Part shown: in pieces, positions 9,272-18,019 of the stretch | How the letters are laid out: the number at the start of each line of letters is the position of its first letter | Position numbering within the stretch: the first letter of the stretch is position 1 | Notes under the pieces: generated by a model | Seen by the model: only the letters and a program-made list of their open reading frames with translations | Told to the model about the DNA's origin: nothing | The model's database searches: none | DNA from: a virus | Reading direction: 5' to 3' (one strand) | Virus record (IMG/VR): IMGVR_UViG_3300032213_001373 | Location: 1-64,000 of that record | Length of the DNA: 64,000 bases | Program-made: the position numbers and the translations under genes

Positions 9272-12130
9272 TTACTCCGCTAGAGCTGCAGAGTTTGGTG
9301 GGCGCTTTAGTGGACGAGACTTTTTGCCTTTAACTCCACCCTTAGTAGAGTTAACAACAACATTTGTTCCTTTTATCTTTTCTCCAGCTTGAAGTCCGCG
9401 ACGACCTCCGCCACGCTTTGCTAGCTCAACAACACCACTAGATGTAGGTGTTTGAGTTGTAGGGCGAGCTGCAGTAGCTGCTGGAGATCCGACATCAAAG
9501 TTGGCAAGAGGAGGGTTCATTCCACGAATTGTGTTAGCACCGACGTTTTCAACATTTTGTTCAGCATCTGTCAATGTACGAATGTCTCCAAGCATAAACT
9601 GACGTGTCTTTACCACTCCAGGGACTCTAGGGTTAAAGTCAAGCTCGTCTTGAGTGTAGTCTGGTTTCTTAGCTGGAGCTGGTTGTTCTACAGCACCAAT
9701 AGTTGGGCGTCCAGATGCTGCTTCTGCACGTAAACGCAAAGTACGTGAATCAGGAAGCCCAGTATTTAAAGTAGCAGCTTCTGATCCACGAAGAACAGTT
9801 GGCTTAACCGTAACAGCCCTTCCTGGACCCGGTACACGAAGTCTTTCTGTTACTCCTGGAGAAGTCTCGACATCTCTAAACTCTATCGCTTCCCCAATTA
9901 TTTTTTCAGGAGTGTTTTCTGGAGTCATCTTTTCAGTCAATCCAGCTGCAGCACGTGTATCAACTCCGGCAGGTAGAGGACCTTCTAGTGTTCTAGTACT
10001 ATAAACTTCAGGAATAGCACGTTGACGCTCTACGTTACCATAAGCTTCAAAACCAGGAATGATTCCTTGCTTACCACGATATTGTGGTTCAACCCCTGCT
10101 ACACCTTGGAACTGACGTCCTACAGGTGCAGTAGGGCTTCTAAGAGCAGCGCTAGTTATCGGGCTACGGTTGGTTTTCTTTGAATCCTCAACTTCATCAG
10201 CCACTGGCCCTTCAAAAGCTGCCGCAGCATCTTCACGTCGTTGTGGGTCTGGGCTAGCCATGAATACTTCCGCAGATCTTTCGGCAGGAGATGTAAACTG
10301 GTTTCCACGACCTGTTTGAACAACGTGAATGCTTCGACCAGTTCCTGGTACACCAGAACGTGGTGCAAGAGGTACAAGATTACCGTTTGCATCCTTAACG
10401 TGTGGTAGATCATCATAAGTAACGATGTTGTCATCACCGGCTTTAGGAATATCAACGATGTCACGCTTGTACGTAGTTGTTGCTGGAGCACCACCATTTT
10501 GGGTAAATCCAGGCATAGGTACAGCTACTTGTCGTTTTACACCAATACGCTTACCTTCTGCTGCAAGCTGTTCAATTAAACTCTTTGTACGTTCAGCGTG
10601 AGCTGGTCTTGTACCGGCACGTGTTCGTCCTTCACGAATAGCATCTGTAATGTGAGTTACATTTGAAGTAAAACCTTGTGGGTCAGAAAGGTTACTGTCA
10701 GTAAAACCCTCTGGCGGTGGAGTAAATGACCAAGAACCTGCAGCATTTTTGCTGTGACCAAAACGAATAGATACTGGCATGTAGTCTCCAGCACGTTTTG
10801 TAACAGTGTTTGCATAGCGAAGCGCTGGATTGTCTTTAGCCGCACCTGAAATTGCAGGGGTTTCACGAAGAACGGTTGTACCTTCAAACTCATTTTCGCT
10901 CTGAAAGCCACCCCAAGGATGATTAAGTTGCTTAACCATATCTGGGTGCATATCAGACACCTTGTATGTTTTAGGTAAGCCGTTTGCATCTTTTTCAGTT
11001 GGGTGTTGCCAAGTTTCGTTTTGTGCTGCTTCAGTTGCAGTAATGCTTCCGTCTTCACCTCTTACAAGACCCATACGTGGCAACACATCGTTTTTACGAC
11101 GTGAACGTACGTTTCTCATTACAGTTTCATGCAACTCATTTAATTTATCCGTTGCAATAGAAGGGCGACCACCAATATGATTCTGAACTTCTTCAGCTGT
11201 CATACCTGTGTGGTGGATGATACGAGCCATACGCTGGTGTGGGCCGCCTTGTAAGCCGGTTTCTACAGCTTCAGGGGTAATTTCTTTTCCTTGATCCATG
11301 AGCTCTGTTGTCTTAAGACGACGAGCAAGATCCATAACTTCTGGCTTATCTGTGTATGGGCGTTGACCGGCTCCCCAGTCTTCTACCTCACCACCAAATA
11401 CAGCTTCTGCTGCAGAACGACGCTCAACATCCATACCTGCAGATGCAGCGCTTTCTGCACGGGCAGCGGTTCTACGAGCTGCACGAGCTTCTTGTTCGGA
11501 AGTAAGTCCGGCATTTTCACGACCACTACCAGCAATATCTCTAAAATCAACAACACCTGTGCCACGACGTGCTGTACGTCCTGAAGCTCTACGAACTGCT
11601 TCTGCATCAGTTACTTCATCAAAACCTTCTCCAACATTACTTGGAAGGTCTACACGTGTCATACCTGCAACACGTTCTTGTTCTGCAGCTGCACGACGCT
11701 CTTGAATACCCTTAACAACATCAAGAGGTGTACGTGGTTGGAGATTTTCTCCTGATTCAACCAAAGCTTGACGACGTTCGTCTTCACGAATAGCTGCAGC
11801 TTGTAATGCGTCATCTGCAACATCTGCTGCATCTAGTGTTGGGACAGGGCGTTCTCCACGAGCAATAGGACGATCAGCGTAACCAAGCTTTACATCATCA
11901 TCTAGTTTCGGAAGTGAAGTTGGTGGGGTAACAGAAGCGGTAGCTGCAGGAGTAGTGTCTGCTGGTCTATTCTCTTGAATAGCAGCGGCAATAGTATTTG
12001 CTTTTTCTACTTTACTTTGTAAGTCAGCATCAGCCTTTGCTTTATCTGCCTTGCTTGCAGCACGCTTTGAAGCACGTTCTGCTTTACGAGGATCAACAAT
12101 TCCTTTTTTACGGTTCTTATCTTTAGCCAT
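9272..12130 (-). CDS. Large, probably disordered hypothetical protein (952 aa)
   Basis: A/R/P/T/G-rich, no Cys, basic termini; no recognised domain. Confidence 0.85.
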   Translation of the reverse strand: MAKDKNRKKGIVDPRKAERASKRAASKADKAKADADLQSKVEKANTIAAAIQENRPADTTPAATASVTPPTSLPKLDDDVKLGYADRPIARGERPVPTLDAADVADDALQAAAIREDERRQALVESGENLQPRTPLDVVKGIQERRAAAEQERVAGMTRVDLPSNVGEGFDEVTDAEAVRRASGRTARRGTGVVDFRDIAGSGRENAGLTSEQEARAARRTAARAESAASAGMDVERRSAAEAVFGGEVEDWGAGQRPYTDKPEVMDLARRLKTTELMDQGKEITPEAVETGLQGGPHQRMARIIHHTGMTAEEVQNHIGGRPSIATDKLNELHETVMRNVRSRRKNDVLPRMGLVRGEDGSITATEAAQNETWQHPTEKDANGLPKTYKVSDMHPDMVKQLNHPWGGFQSENEFEGTTVLRETPAISGAAKDNPALRYANTVTKRAGDYMPVSIRFGHSKNAAGSWSFTPPPEGFTDSNLSDPQGFTSNVTHITDAIREGRTRAGTRPAHAERTKSLIEQLAAEGKRIGVKRQVAVPMPGFTQNGGAPATTTYKRDIVDIPKAGDDNIVTYDDLPHVKDANGNLVPLAPRSGVPGTGRSIHVVQTGRGNQFTSPAERSAEVFMASPDPQRREDAAAAFEGPVADEVEDSKKTNRSPITSAALRSPTAPVGRQFQGVAGVEPQYRGKQGIIPGFEAYGNVERQRAIPEVYSTRTLEGPLPAGVDTRAAAGLTEKMTPENTPEKIIGEAIEFRDVETSPGVTERLRVPGPGRAVTVKPTVLRGSEAATLNTGLPDSRTLRLRAEAASGRPTIGAVEQPAPAKKPDYTQDELDFNPRVPGVVKTRQFMLGDIRTLTDAEQNVENVGANTIRGMNPPLANFDVGSPAATAARPTTQTPTSSGVVELAKRGGGRRGLQAGEKIKGTNVVVNSTKGGVKGKKSRPLKRPPNSAALAE

Positions 12131-12133
12131 TGA

Positions 12134-12700
12134 TTAACCTCGGTGCCATGGTGGAGTTGCGGAAGGTGGAGTTACTTTAGGTGGTGTAACGTTTGTTTCA
12201 CCATCATTATCATTTTTCTTTGTTGCACCTTCACCAACAGGTGCATTTTGTTCACGAGACTTAATTTCTGCTTTAGTTTGAGCAGCTTGTGCAGCAGAAC
12301 GGGATGACCAAGTCATTGAACCTGGATTTTCTGGCATTCCATAATCAGCCATACCTGGATACACGAAATCTGTAGCCTTAACTTTTCCAGATACAACATC
12401 AGGATGATCTGCGCCATACTGCTTGTACACAGTGTCATGTACGTTTATGGCGTGCTCTAAAGAACCTTGGCTTTTAATTCGATCTTGAATGATGTTTCCG
12501 GCAGCTTTAGCAGCAGCTTCTCCAATTTTACGCTTGCCCATCTCTTCAGTAAGTTTTTCTTGCTGTGCACCAAACATCCGAAGGTTGAGCTCTGCCATAG
12601 GAGCAGCACGTAGCATTCCAAAAATCTTACCGCCCCATCTACCGCGGGATCCTCCGGTAGGTTGGACTATATTGTTGCCCTTAAAATTGTTAATCATCAA
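12134..12700 (-). CDS. Hypothetical protein
   Basis: 188-aa ORF upstream of the 952-aa gene. Confidence 0.7.
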   Translation of the reverse strand: MMINNFKGNNIVQPTGGSRGRWGGKIFGMLRAAPMAELNLRMFGAQQEKLTEEMGKRKIGEAAAKAAGNIIQDRIKSQGSLEHAINVHDTVYKQYGADHPDVVSGKVKATDFVYPGMADYGMPENPGSMTWSSRSAAQAAQTKAEIKSREQNAPVGEGATKKNDNDGETNVTPPKVTPPSATPPWHRG

Positions 12701-12709
12701 GACCCCGAT

Positions 12710-12892
12710 CTAGTTTGTAGTACTAAGAAGTTTAGCAATTCCGCCCTTGTCTGTAAGGGCTTCAGCGTTTTTATTGTAATGATGGAGGCAAAACCATAGA
12801 TTTCCAAAGGGGAGATCTACCTTTACCATCGCCCTGGCAGAGCAAGAATCACATTGTTCCCTCTGCCCCGATTCCACCAACAGCTCCGACAT
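12710..12892 (-). CDS. Small actinobacterial-type zinc-binding protein (CDxC...LxFCxHH)
   Basis: ATG 12892 after GGAGG; EQCDSCSARAMVKVDLPFGNLWFCLHHYNKN. Confidence 0.7.
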   Translation of the reverse strand: MSELLVESGQREQCDSCSARAMVKVDLPFGNLWFCLHHYNKNAEALTDKGGIAKLLSTTN

Positions 12893-13103
12893 TTCCTCCG
12901 GTGCTAGTACTTGCTTGTCCATCGGTTTCCCCATTTCCATAGCCTTGTCGATCGTAGCCCCCATAGCCGCCGAATCCGATTCCATAGTATAACGAATACC
13001 ATGGCACCCCATAAATTTGCTGGCCGCCGCCAAGACGTCCCACGGTGTTCGTGTTATGTCCATGCATTGTCAACCCTTGTCGGTTCTTCTTGGTTTTGGC
13101 CAT
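12849..13103 (-). CDS. Gly/Tyr-rich hypothetical protein
   Basis: 84 aa, YYGIGFGGYGGY. Confidence 0.6.
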   Translation of the reverse strand: MAKTKKNRQGLTMHGHNTNTVGRLGGGQQIYGVPWYSLYYGIGFGGYGGYDRQGYGNGETDGQASTSTGGNVGAVGGIGAEGTM

Positions 13104-13127
13104 AGGGCAATACTCTCATGAAATGCC

Positions 13128-13156
13128 AAAGGCCGGGGTGTTTAATCCCGGCCTTT
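13128..13156 (-). terminator. Intrinsic terminator after structural gene
   Basis: AAAGGCCGGG-GTGTTTAAT-CCCGGCCTTT. Confidence 0.7.
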
Positions 13157-13180
13157 GCGCTATTAAGTTGTAAGGCTGAT

Positions 13181-14224
13181 TTATGAAGCTGCAGCCCAAG
13201 GTGTGATTGTGATTGTTGCTGTTGATGCCACTGAAGCTGCACCAGCTGCTGTTGACTGTGCCTTGATTGTTCCAGCAACTGCCACAACTGAACCTGTAAT
13301 GCTTGTAAGAGCCAATACTGTGGTTGCTGTGGTTGTAACTGTGAATGTGTTGTCTGTGAGCTTGGTGATGGTGTATGTGCCGTTAACAGAAGCGTCAACA
13401 CCAGAAATTGTGACCTTGTTACCGGTAACAAATCCGTGTGATGAATCTGTAATGGTTGTAACGCCTGAGCCTGCTGTACGTGAAGCTGCTGTTACAACGC
13501 CTGCAGCGTTTGTAGCCGCTGTAGCTGTAGTAATGTTAGCTGCTTCGTAACCAGCATCCTTGAGTGTGTCAAGAGCTACTGCTGTTGTCTCGCCGAGTAC
13601 GTTAGGTACTACGATGTAAGGAATTCCAGCGCCATCAGCTGCTGAACGAGCTGTTGTCTTTTCTACCTTGCCGTACCACTGTCCGGTAATTTCACCAGCG
13701 CTAGCTGCGTTAGTTACTGTGAACTTAAGTGGGTTTGCTGTAGCAACAGTTGCTGCTGAAAGATTGTAAGCAGAAGCTGTTAGGCCTGTGATGTTTACAA
13801 CGTCGCCAGCTGAAAGTTTATTCTGTGATGTGTATGTAACAGTTGTTCCGTTACCTGAAGCTGCTGTAACCATGTAGTTACCTGCTGCTTCTACATATGA
13901 AGGAAAGTTAGCCCACTCAGCTTCAATATCTGAGTGATTTCCAAGTGATGCGTTTAGGCGAGCACTTGCGATAGTAGACTTAGTTGTCCACTGTCCGTTC
14001 TGTGCAGCACCGTATGTTGTTGTAGCTGTTGGAGTTCCATCAGCACGCTCATCATTTGGTTGTGCAGGAAGATTTCCCCAGACGAAGTCTGTCTGTAGGT
14101 TTCCTGCTGAGTCGGTAAGGTTACCGTTGTTATTTGTTGTTGCGGCAGTATTTCCAATTGTGATGGATTCTGCTCCTGTACCGCTTGGCGACCCAACGGC
14201 CGCGGGTAGGTTGTAGCTTGACAT
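13181..14224 (-). CDS. Thr/Ala-rich virion structural protein with repeated beta domains and a PASTA-like domain
   Basis: Two VTAAS...GDxVxIxG...FTVT units; VVPNVLG...A...L..AG and GTIKAQS PASTA halves. Confidence 0.7.
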   Translation of the reverse strand: MSSYNLPAAVGSPSGTGAESITIGNTAATTNNNGNLTDSAGNLQTDFVWGNLPAQPNDERADGTPTATTTYGAAQNGQWTTKSTIASARLNASLGNHSDIEAEWANFPSYVEAAGNYMVTAASGNGTTVTYTSQNKLSAGDVVNITGLTASAYNLSAATVATANPLKFTVTNAASAGEITGQWYGKVEKTTARSAADGAGIPYIVVPNVLGETTAVALDTLKDAGYEAANITTATAATNAAGVVTAASRTAGSGVTTITDSSHGFVTGNKVTISGVDASVNGTYTITKLTDNTFTVTTTATTVLALTSITGSVVAVAGTIKAQSTAAGAASVASTATITITPWAAAS

Positions 14225-14284
14225 TAAATTTTCCTCACTTGATCAATGTGATTGTTCGGTCGAACTCGCCTATGATGACAGAAA

Positions 14285-14851
14285 TCAGGCCTCTTGTATG
14301 TATGTATAGATCTTTCCACCTGAATAGATGTCATGCTTGCAAGCGATCTCAATTGCCTTGCGGAGAATCTTTTCGGCGGCCTCGGGTGTATCTACTTTGG
14401 CGTAGTTAAGGGCTTCGAGAGCTCCTAGTGCTACATCACCCCCACTACCTGCGTAGTAGATGTTGCGGGCTTCTCGGTCCCAAGAGTAGTCATTAAAGAT
14501 CGGGTAGATAGTTCCTCTAACAGAAACGATAAGGTTAGAGTCTTGCCATGCTGCATCGCCATCATCTTTAGCATCATAGCCGGCATCTTGAAAAGCTTTA
14601 CGCATTGATGGGATAAAGCGTTTAGTCATAAATATATCTAAATCTTCAGTTGCACGAGGTTTTGGAGGTTTCCAACCAAATTGCGTAATGTTTCCACCAC
14701 GGGAAGCGCCAGAGACTGCAATTAGTACTCCGTTATTATTAATGACCTTAGATGTTGCAAGTTCCATATAACGGCCATCTTCATCGGATGCACGAGAGTC
14801 GCAACCAATTACAGACCAACCATCTCCTTGAATTGCAACAAGCGTCGTCAT
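14285..14851 (-). CDS. Ntn-hydrolase peptidase (HslV / proteasome beta-like)
   Basis: N-terminal MTT, GCDSR, SKV, AGSGG..ALGAL, DIYSGG. Confidence 0.88.
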   Translation of the reverse strand: MTTLVAIQGDGWSVIGCDSRASDEDGRYMELATSKVINNNGVLIAVSGASRGGNITQFGWKPPKPRATEDLDIFMTKRFIPSMRKAFQDAGYDAKDDGDAAWQDSNLIVSVRGTIYPIFNDYSWDREARNIYYAGSGGDVALGALEALNYAKVDTPEAAEKILRKAIEIACKHDIYSGGKIYTYIQEA

Positions 14852-14909
14852 TTAAAACCCTTCAGAATTTCGGAGGCCCGGTTTGGTGTAATACACCTAG
14901 GGTATCAGA

Positions 14910-15326
14910 TTATCGACCTTCTGATTGACCCATACGCATCTGGTCGACGGGCTTTCTTGGTAGAGCTCCTGCACCTTCTCCAGTGATATCTGTCCAAGCT
15001 TGATCATCTATACCTGAATACTTCAAGAATTTACCTGTGGAGTCTGAGTATTTCAAATTCTCCCATACTTCCTCTGGGATAGGGTCATTGTACATAACCC
15101 AGGTCTTATCACGGAAAACTACTACTAAGGTCTCTGTGTCCTTGTTATAGCCCAATACGAGGGCTCTAGGGAAGCTGCTATCGGTCGTAGGGGCTTCTAC
15201 AGTCTCATACCCTGGTCCGAATGGAGAGTAACCAGATGCATCATTGAGCACGTTCTGACTACGCAGCCTGTCCATTGAGGCTCTGATTTCCCGTGACAGT
15301 CCACTTGTGTAATATCGTTTTCCCAT
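14910..15326 (-). CDS. KTSC-domain-like protein
   Basis: GYNKDTETLVVVFRDKTWVMY...VWENL..SDSTGKFL. Confidence 0.7.
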   Translation of the reverse strand: MGKRYYTSGLSREIRASMDRLRSQNVLNDASGYSPFGPGYETVEAPTTDSSFPRALVLGYNKDTETLVVVFRDKTWVMYNDPIPEEVWENLKYSDSTGKFLKYSGIDDQAWTDITGEGAGALPRKPVDQMRMGQSEGR

Positions 15327-15347
15327 GCTTTGTATTCTACACCCCCC

Positions 15348-15519
15348 GGCTACTGCCTAGAACTGTCAAAGCCTTGGAGTTATTTAGCTACTCTCATTTT
15401 AGATATCTAGCTCCCCGACTTTTTTCTTTATGATCATAGTTCCCCCGACTTTTTGCCCCACAGCTTGTCAAGTATGATCTTTCTCACATTTTGGTCATCA
15501 CCTTTTGGCTACTGCCTAG
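15348..15519 (+). repeat. Short direct repeats at the strand-switch / putative genome end
   Basis: GGCTACTGCCTAG at 15348 and 15507; TCCCC(C)GACTTTTT twice (about 15412 and 15441). Confidence 0.6.
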
Positions 15520-15597
15520 CTTTCTGGATCGTAGCAGTCACTCTCAGCTGCTGGAGACTGGGGACAGGGGCGACTTAAGGGTGGGGGGTGGCAAACC

Positions 15598-15745
15598 GAT
15601 TTACAAGGGGTATGGAACTCAAGCGAGCCAAGTGGGGCAACGACAGGATTACTCTGTCTATGCCCGTGATAGGTAACCTTCCTGCGTAGGGTGGGCAGGG
15701 TGCGACCGCAAGTTAGCCCTGCCTACCTACTAGCCCTTGTAAGTC
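15598..15745 (+). ncRNA. Structured element A (multi-stem, 12-bp closing helix)
   Basis: GATTTACAAGGG / CCCTTGTAAGTC enclosing GGGCA..GACAG..CTGTC..TGCCC and a 14-bp hairpin at 15686-15730. Confidence 0.5.
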
Positions 15746-15784
15746 CATAGACCTTCTATGGCGTGGGGTGAAGAAAGGTAACAA

Positions 15785-16330
15785 ATGTCCAATGCGACAT
15801 TGTCTCTTATAGAGACAGCCCGCCTGCTCGTATCAGGCGATAAGGAAGCATCACTAGAGACTATTGCTCTAGCGTATCAAGCAGGTTCTACCCCGCTTGA
15901 ACTATTCACAACCGACAAGCCAACCGCTACTATGCGTGGCAAGGCTTGGGGTGCTTACATTGTCTATAAGTATCCAGACATCAAAGTCTCCCACATTGTG
16001 AAGCACCAAGCCGCTATCGGCAAGAAGTCCGAACTATTGGACTTCACACTCTCATCTGATGCTATGTCTGCTGCGCTCACCGACCTTACCGACTTGGTAA
16101 AGCAAGAGCGTAAAGAAGCAGAGGCTCAAGCCATCATCTCAGGTCAAGCCCTGACTGATGACCTTGATGCTCTAATCACCTTGCTAACCAAGGTGAACGA
16201 CAACCCAATCTATCCGACTATCCAGAACACCTTGCAGTTTAAGGTTGCTTTGGACAAGATGACCGCATTGCGGGGGTCATTTGGTCATACTTCGGTAGAA
16301 GTCAAGCAGGAAGAGCCTTCACTAGTCTAA
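15785..16330 (+). CDS. Hypothetical early protein
   Basis: 181 aa, GAAAGG RBS, followed by hairpin. Confidence 0.8.
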   Translation: MSNATLSLIETARLLVSGDKEASLETIALAYQAGSTPLELFTTDKPTATMRGKAWGAYIVYKYPDIKVSHIVKHQAAIGKKSELLDFTLSSDAMSAALTDLTDLVKQERKEAEAQAIISGQALTDDLDALITLLTKVNDNPIYPTIQNTLQFKVALDKMTALRGSFGHTSVEVKQEEPSLV

Positions 16331-16337
16331 TCACTAG

Positions 16338-16385
16338 ATGGAAGTAAGCAGGGGGTGGGCTATGTCCTGCCCCCTGCCTCTTTCT
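16338..16385 (+). terminator. Possible intrinsic terminator
   Basis: GCAGGGGGTGGG...CCTGCCCCCTGC followed by CTCTTTCT. Confidence 0.5.
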
Positions 16386-16508
16386 ATGCTCATACACTAT
16401 GTATGGTCATAGATGGAGAGTTCCGACCAATCGGACGACAACTATCTGTAACGATAGACTCCATACGCATAGGTTACAACTATCACTAACACTTGTGTCT
16501 TCTGTCTA

Positions 16509-16554
16509 GAAGAGCCCTCAGCCGACCCCTTTTATTGTCGGTTGGGGGCTCTTC
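16509..16554 (+). other. 18-bp hairpin (2 G-U pairs)
   Basis: GAAGAGCCCTCAGCCGAC / GTCGGTTGGGGGCTCTTC. Confidence 0.65.
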
Positions 16555-16861
16555 ACATCAGGCTACTGCTATTTAGCGCCCAAGACAGACCATCAGTAAC
16601 ACCAGGTCTGAGCAGGGCTGCTCTATCTATTATCAGGTAATTGGCTTAGTCCAGCCAGCAGAGGCTATGTCTTGTAGTTATGAGATGCCTTACTGCAAAG
16701 AGGACTTCTATCAGGTAGTTGTAGATGGAAGACATAGAACTAGGCAGTATGTTGAGGCTCGCAAGGTATTCATTTACCTAAGTAGCGTGTAGGCATACTA
16801 TCTACTCTCTGTGTCTTCTCTCTATGACTATTAGATAGTCAGTTCCCCGCCTTTTTTTCGC

Positions 16862-16947
16862 GTAGATGGTGATGGATACACAGGACTATGTCGTACTGGC
16901 CCGTCGGTCTATGAGGTCTTTTCCCTGTGTATCTCTCACTCTCTATG
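16862..16947 (+). ncRNA. Structured element E (long irregular stem)
   Basis: GATACACAGG / CCTGTGTATC extended by GTGA/TCAC and GTAGA/TCTAT. Confidence 0.4.
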
Positions 16948-16971
16948 TTGAGAGTAGTTTAGGAGCAGTAA

Positions 16972-17139
16972 ATGTTTGATGAAGATGAGTGCTGCACTCC
17001 CCTACAAGAAGCAGCCACAGTTATAGCCAAGCATCTGAGTGAGTTCTATAACGACCGCTCTCATAAAGATGAGATACCTACTTGCATAGTGTGTATGTCT
17101 TTCTTTATGGGAACACAGAACGCAGATAGTTTGGCGTAA
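16972..17139 (+). CDS. 55-aa hypothetical protein
   Basis: AGGAG RBS; MFDEDECCTPLQEAA...CIVC... Confidence 0.6.
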   Translation: MFDEDECCTPLQEAATVIAKHLSEFYNDRSHKDEIPTCIVCMSFFMGTQNADSLA

Positions 17140-17162
17140 TACACCAAATCTTCCCCGCGAAG

Positions 17163-17452
17163 TCTTGAGATGGACAGAGGGCACACTGAATAGGCTTTTG
17201 ATTATCACCGAGAACGAGGAATCTATGTGGGTGTAACTATTATCATAGAGGGGGCGTGAAGAAGCGAAGTAGTACGGACTTGGGTGCTGAGGTATCCAGG
17301 GGGCGATAGTTACCTGCCCAAGTAGGAGTGGTGTATGTAGTAAGAGACGCGACCGAGACTGCATACGGAGTGAAGCAACGCAAAAGAACTATGGCTGTGA
17401 GTCTCACGATAATACCTTTAGTAATTCAGTGTGCCGTCTGTTCATCTTAAGA
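17163..17452 (+). ncRNA. Structured element B, about 290 nt, closed by a 29-position helix
   Basis: 17163-17191 pairs with 17424-17452 (26 WC, 2 G-U, 1 mismatch); internal stems TCTATG/CATAGA, ACTTGGGT/GCCCAAGT, GAGACT/AGTCTC; terminator-like hairpin downstream. Confidence 0.65.
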
Positions 17453-17482
17453 TGATTAGTTTTTCTGACGGGATAGGGGAAA

Positions 17483-17528
17483 GCCCCTCGCCAATAGTCC
17501 CTCGCTATTGGTGAGGGGCACTTTTTTT
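17483..17528 (+). terminator. Intrinsic terminator
   Basis: GCCCCTCGCCAATAG / CTATTGGTGAGGGGC then ACTTTTTTT. Confidence 0.75.
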
Positions 17529-17555
17529 GTCCCATTTTTATCGAAAGGAACAATT

Positions 17556-17807
17556 ATGGTCACAGTTATTCGTTGTGGCACCGTCCTCCAAGGTGATGGC
17601 GGTGCTTCTACTGGTGCTGAGGTCTTGCAGTTCAAGCCCTCAATCAATGACGAGAATTGCACGATTATCTTGTGCAAAGCACCAAACAGTCCCCACCACC
17701 CCTTTGTTGTATGGACATACAACGAAATCACAGGCAAGTGCGGAACGGGAGATTACTTTGAGACAGTCACCGAGGCTGCTCAACGCTTTGACGAAAGGAA
17801 ATGGTAA
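17556..17807 (+). CDS. Hypothetical early protein
   Basis: ATG 17556 after GAAAGGA; HPFVVWTY...GDYF....EA...FDER. Confidence 0.75.
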   Translation: MVTVIRCGTVLQGDGGASTGAEVLQFKPSINDENCTIILCKAPNSPHHPFVVWTYNEITGKCGTGDYFETVTEAAQRFDERKW

Positions 17808-18019
17808 TGAACTCGTTACACATAAAGATCGACATAGCCAACACCATTGGAGAGAAACAATGGGTTGAACTACACAACAAACTAGAGGCAGAGATTCACC
17901 GCTTCTTGTTTTCATTAGTAACACAGAACAAAGTAATACCCACCCGAAAGGAAATCAATGCCATCGAACAAGTACATAGTCAGGGATTACAGTCACAAAC
18001 CGAAATGTGCCACAACTGA
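17807..18019 (+). CDS. Hypothetical protein
   Basis: Coupled TAATG junction. Confidence 0.5.
   Translation: MNSLHIKIDIANTIGEKQWVELHNKLEAEIHRFLFSLVTQNKVIPTRKEINAIEQVHSQGLQSQTEMCHN

Noticed and set aside
15491-15676. 61-aa + strand ORF from the track
   Set aside because: TTG start without RBS; it runs across repeats, the G-run and element A.
17002-17364. 120-aa minus-strand ORF (also 17456-17737 and 18813-19142)
   Set aside because: Antisense to the early transcription unit, no RBS, atypical composition.
17163-17452. Retron msr-msd or group I/II intron interpretation of the long closing helix
   Set aside because: No reverse transcriptase in the window, no interrupted gene, and no recognisable intron core motifs.
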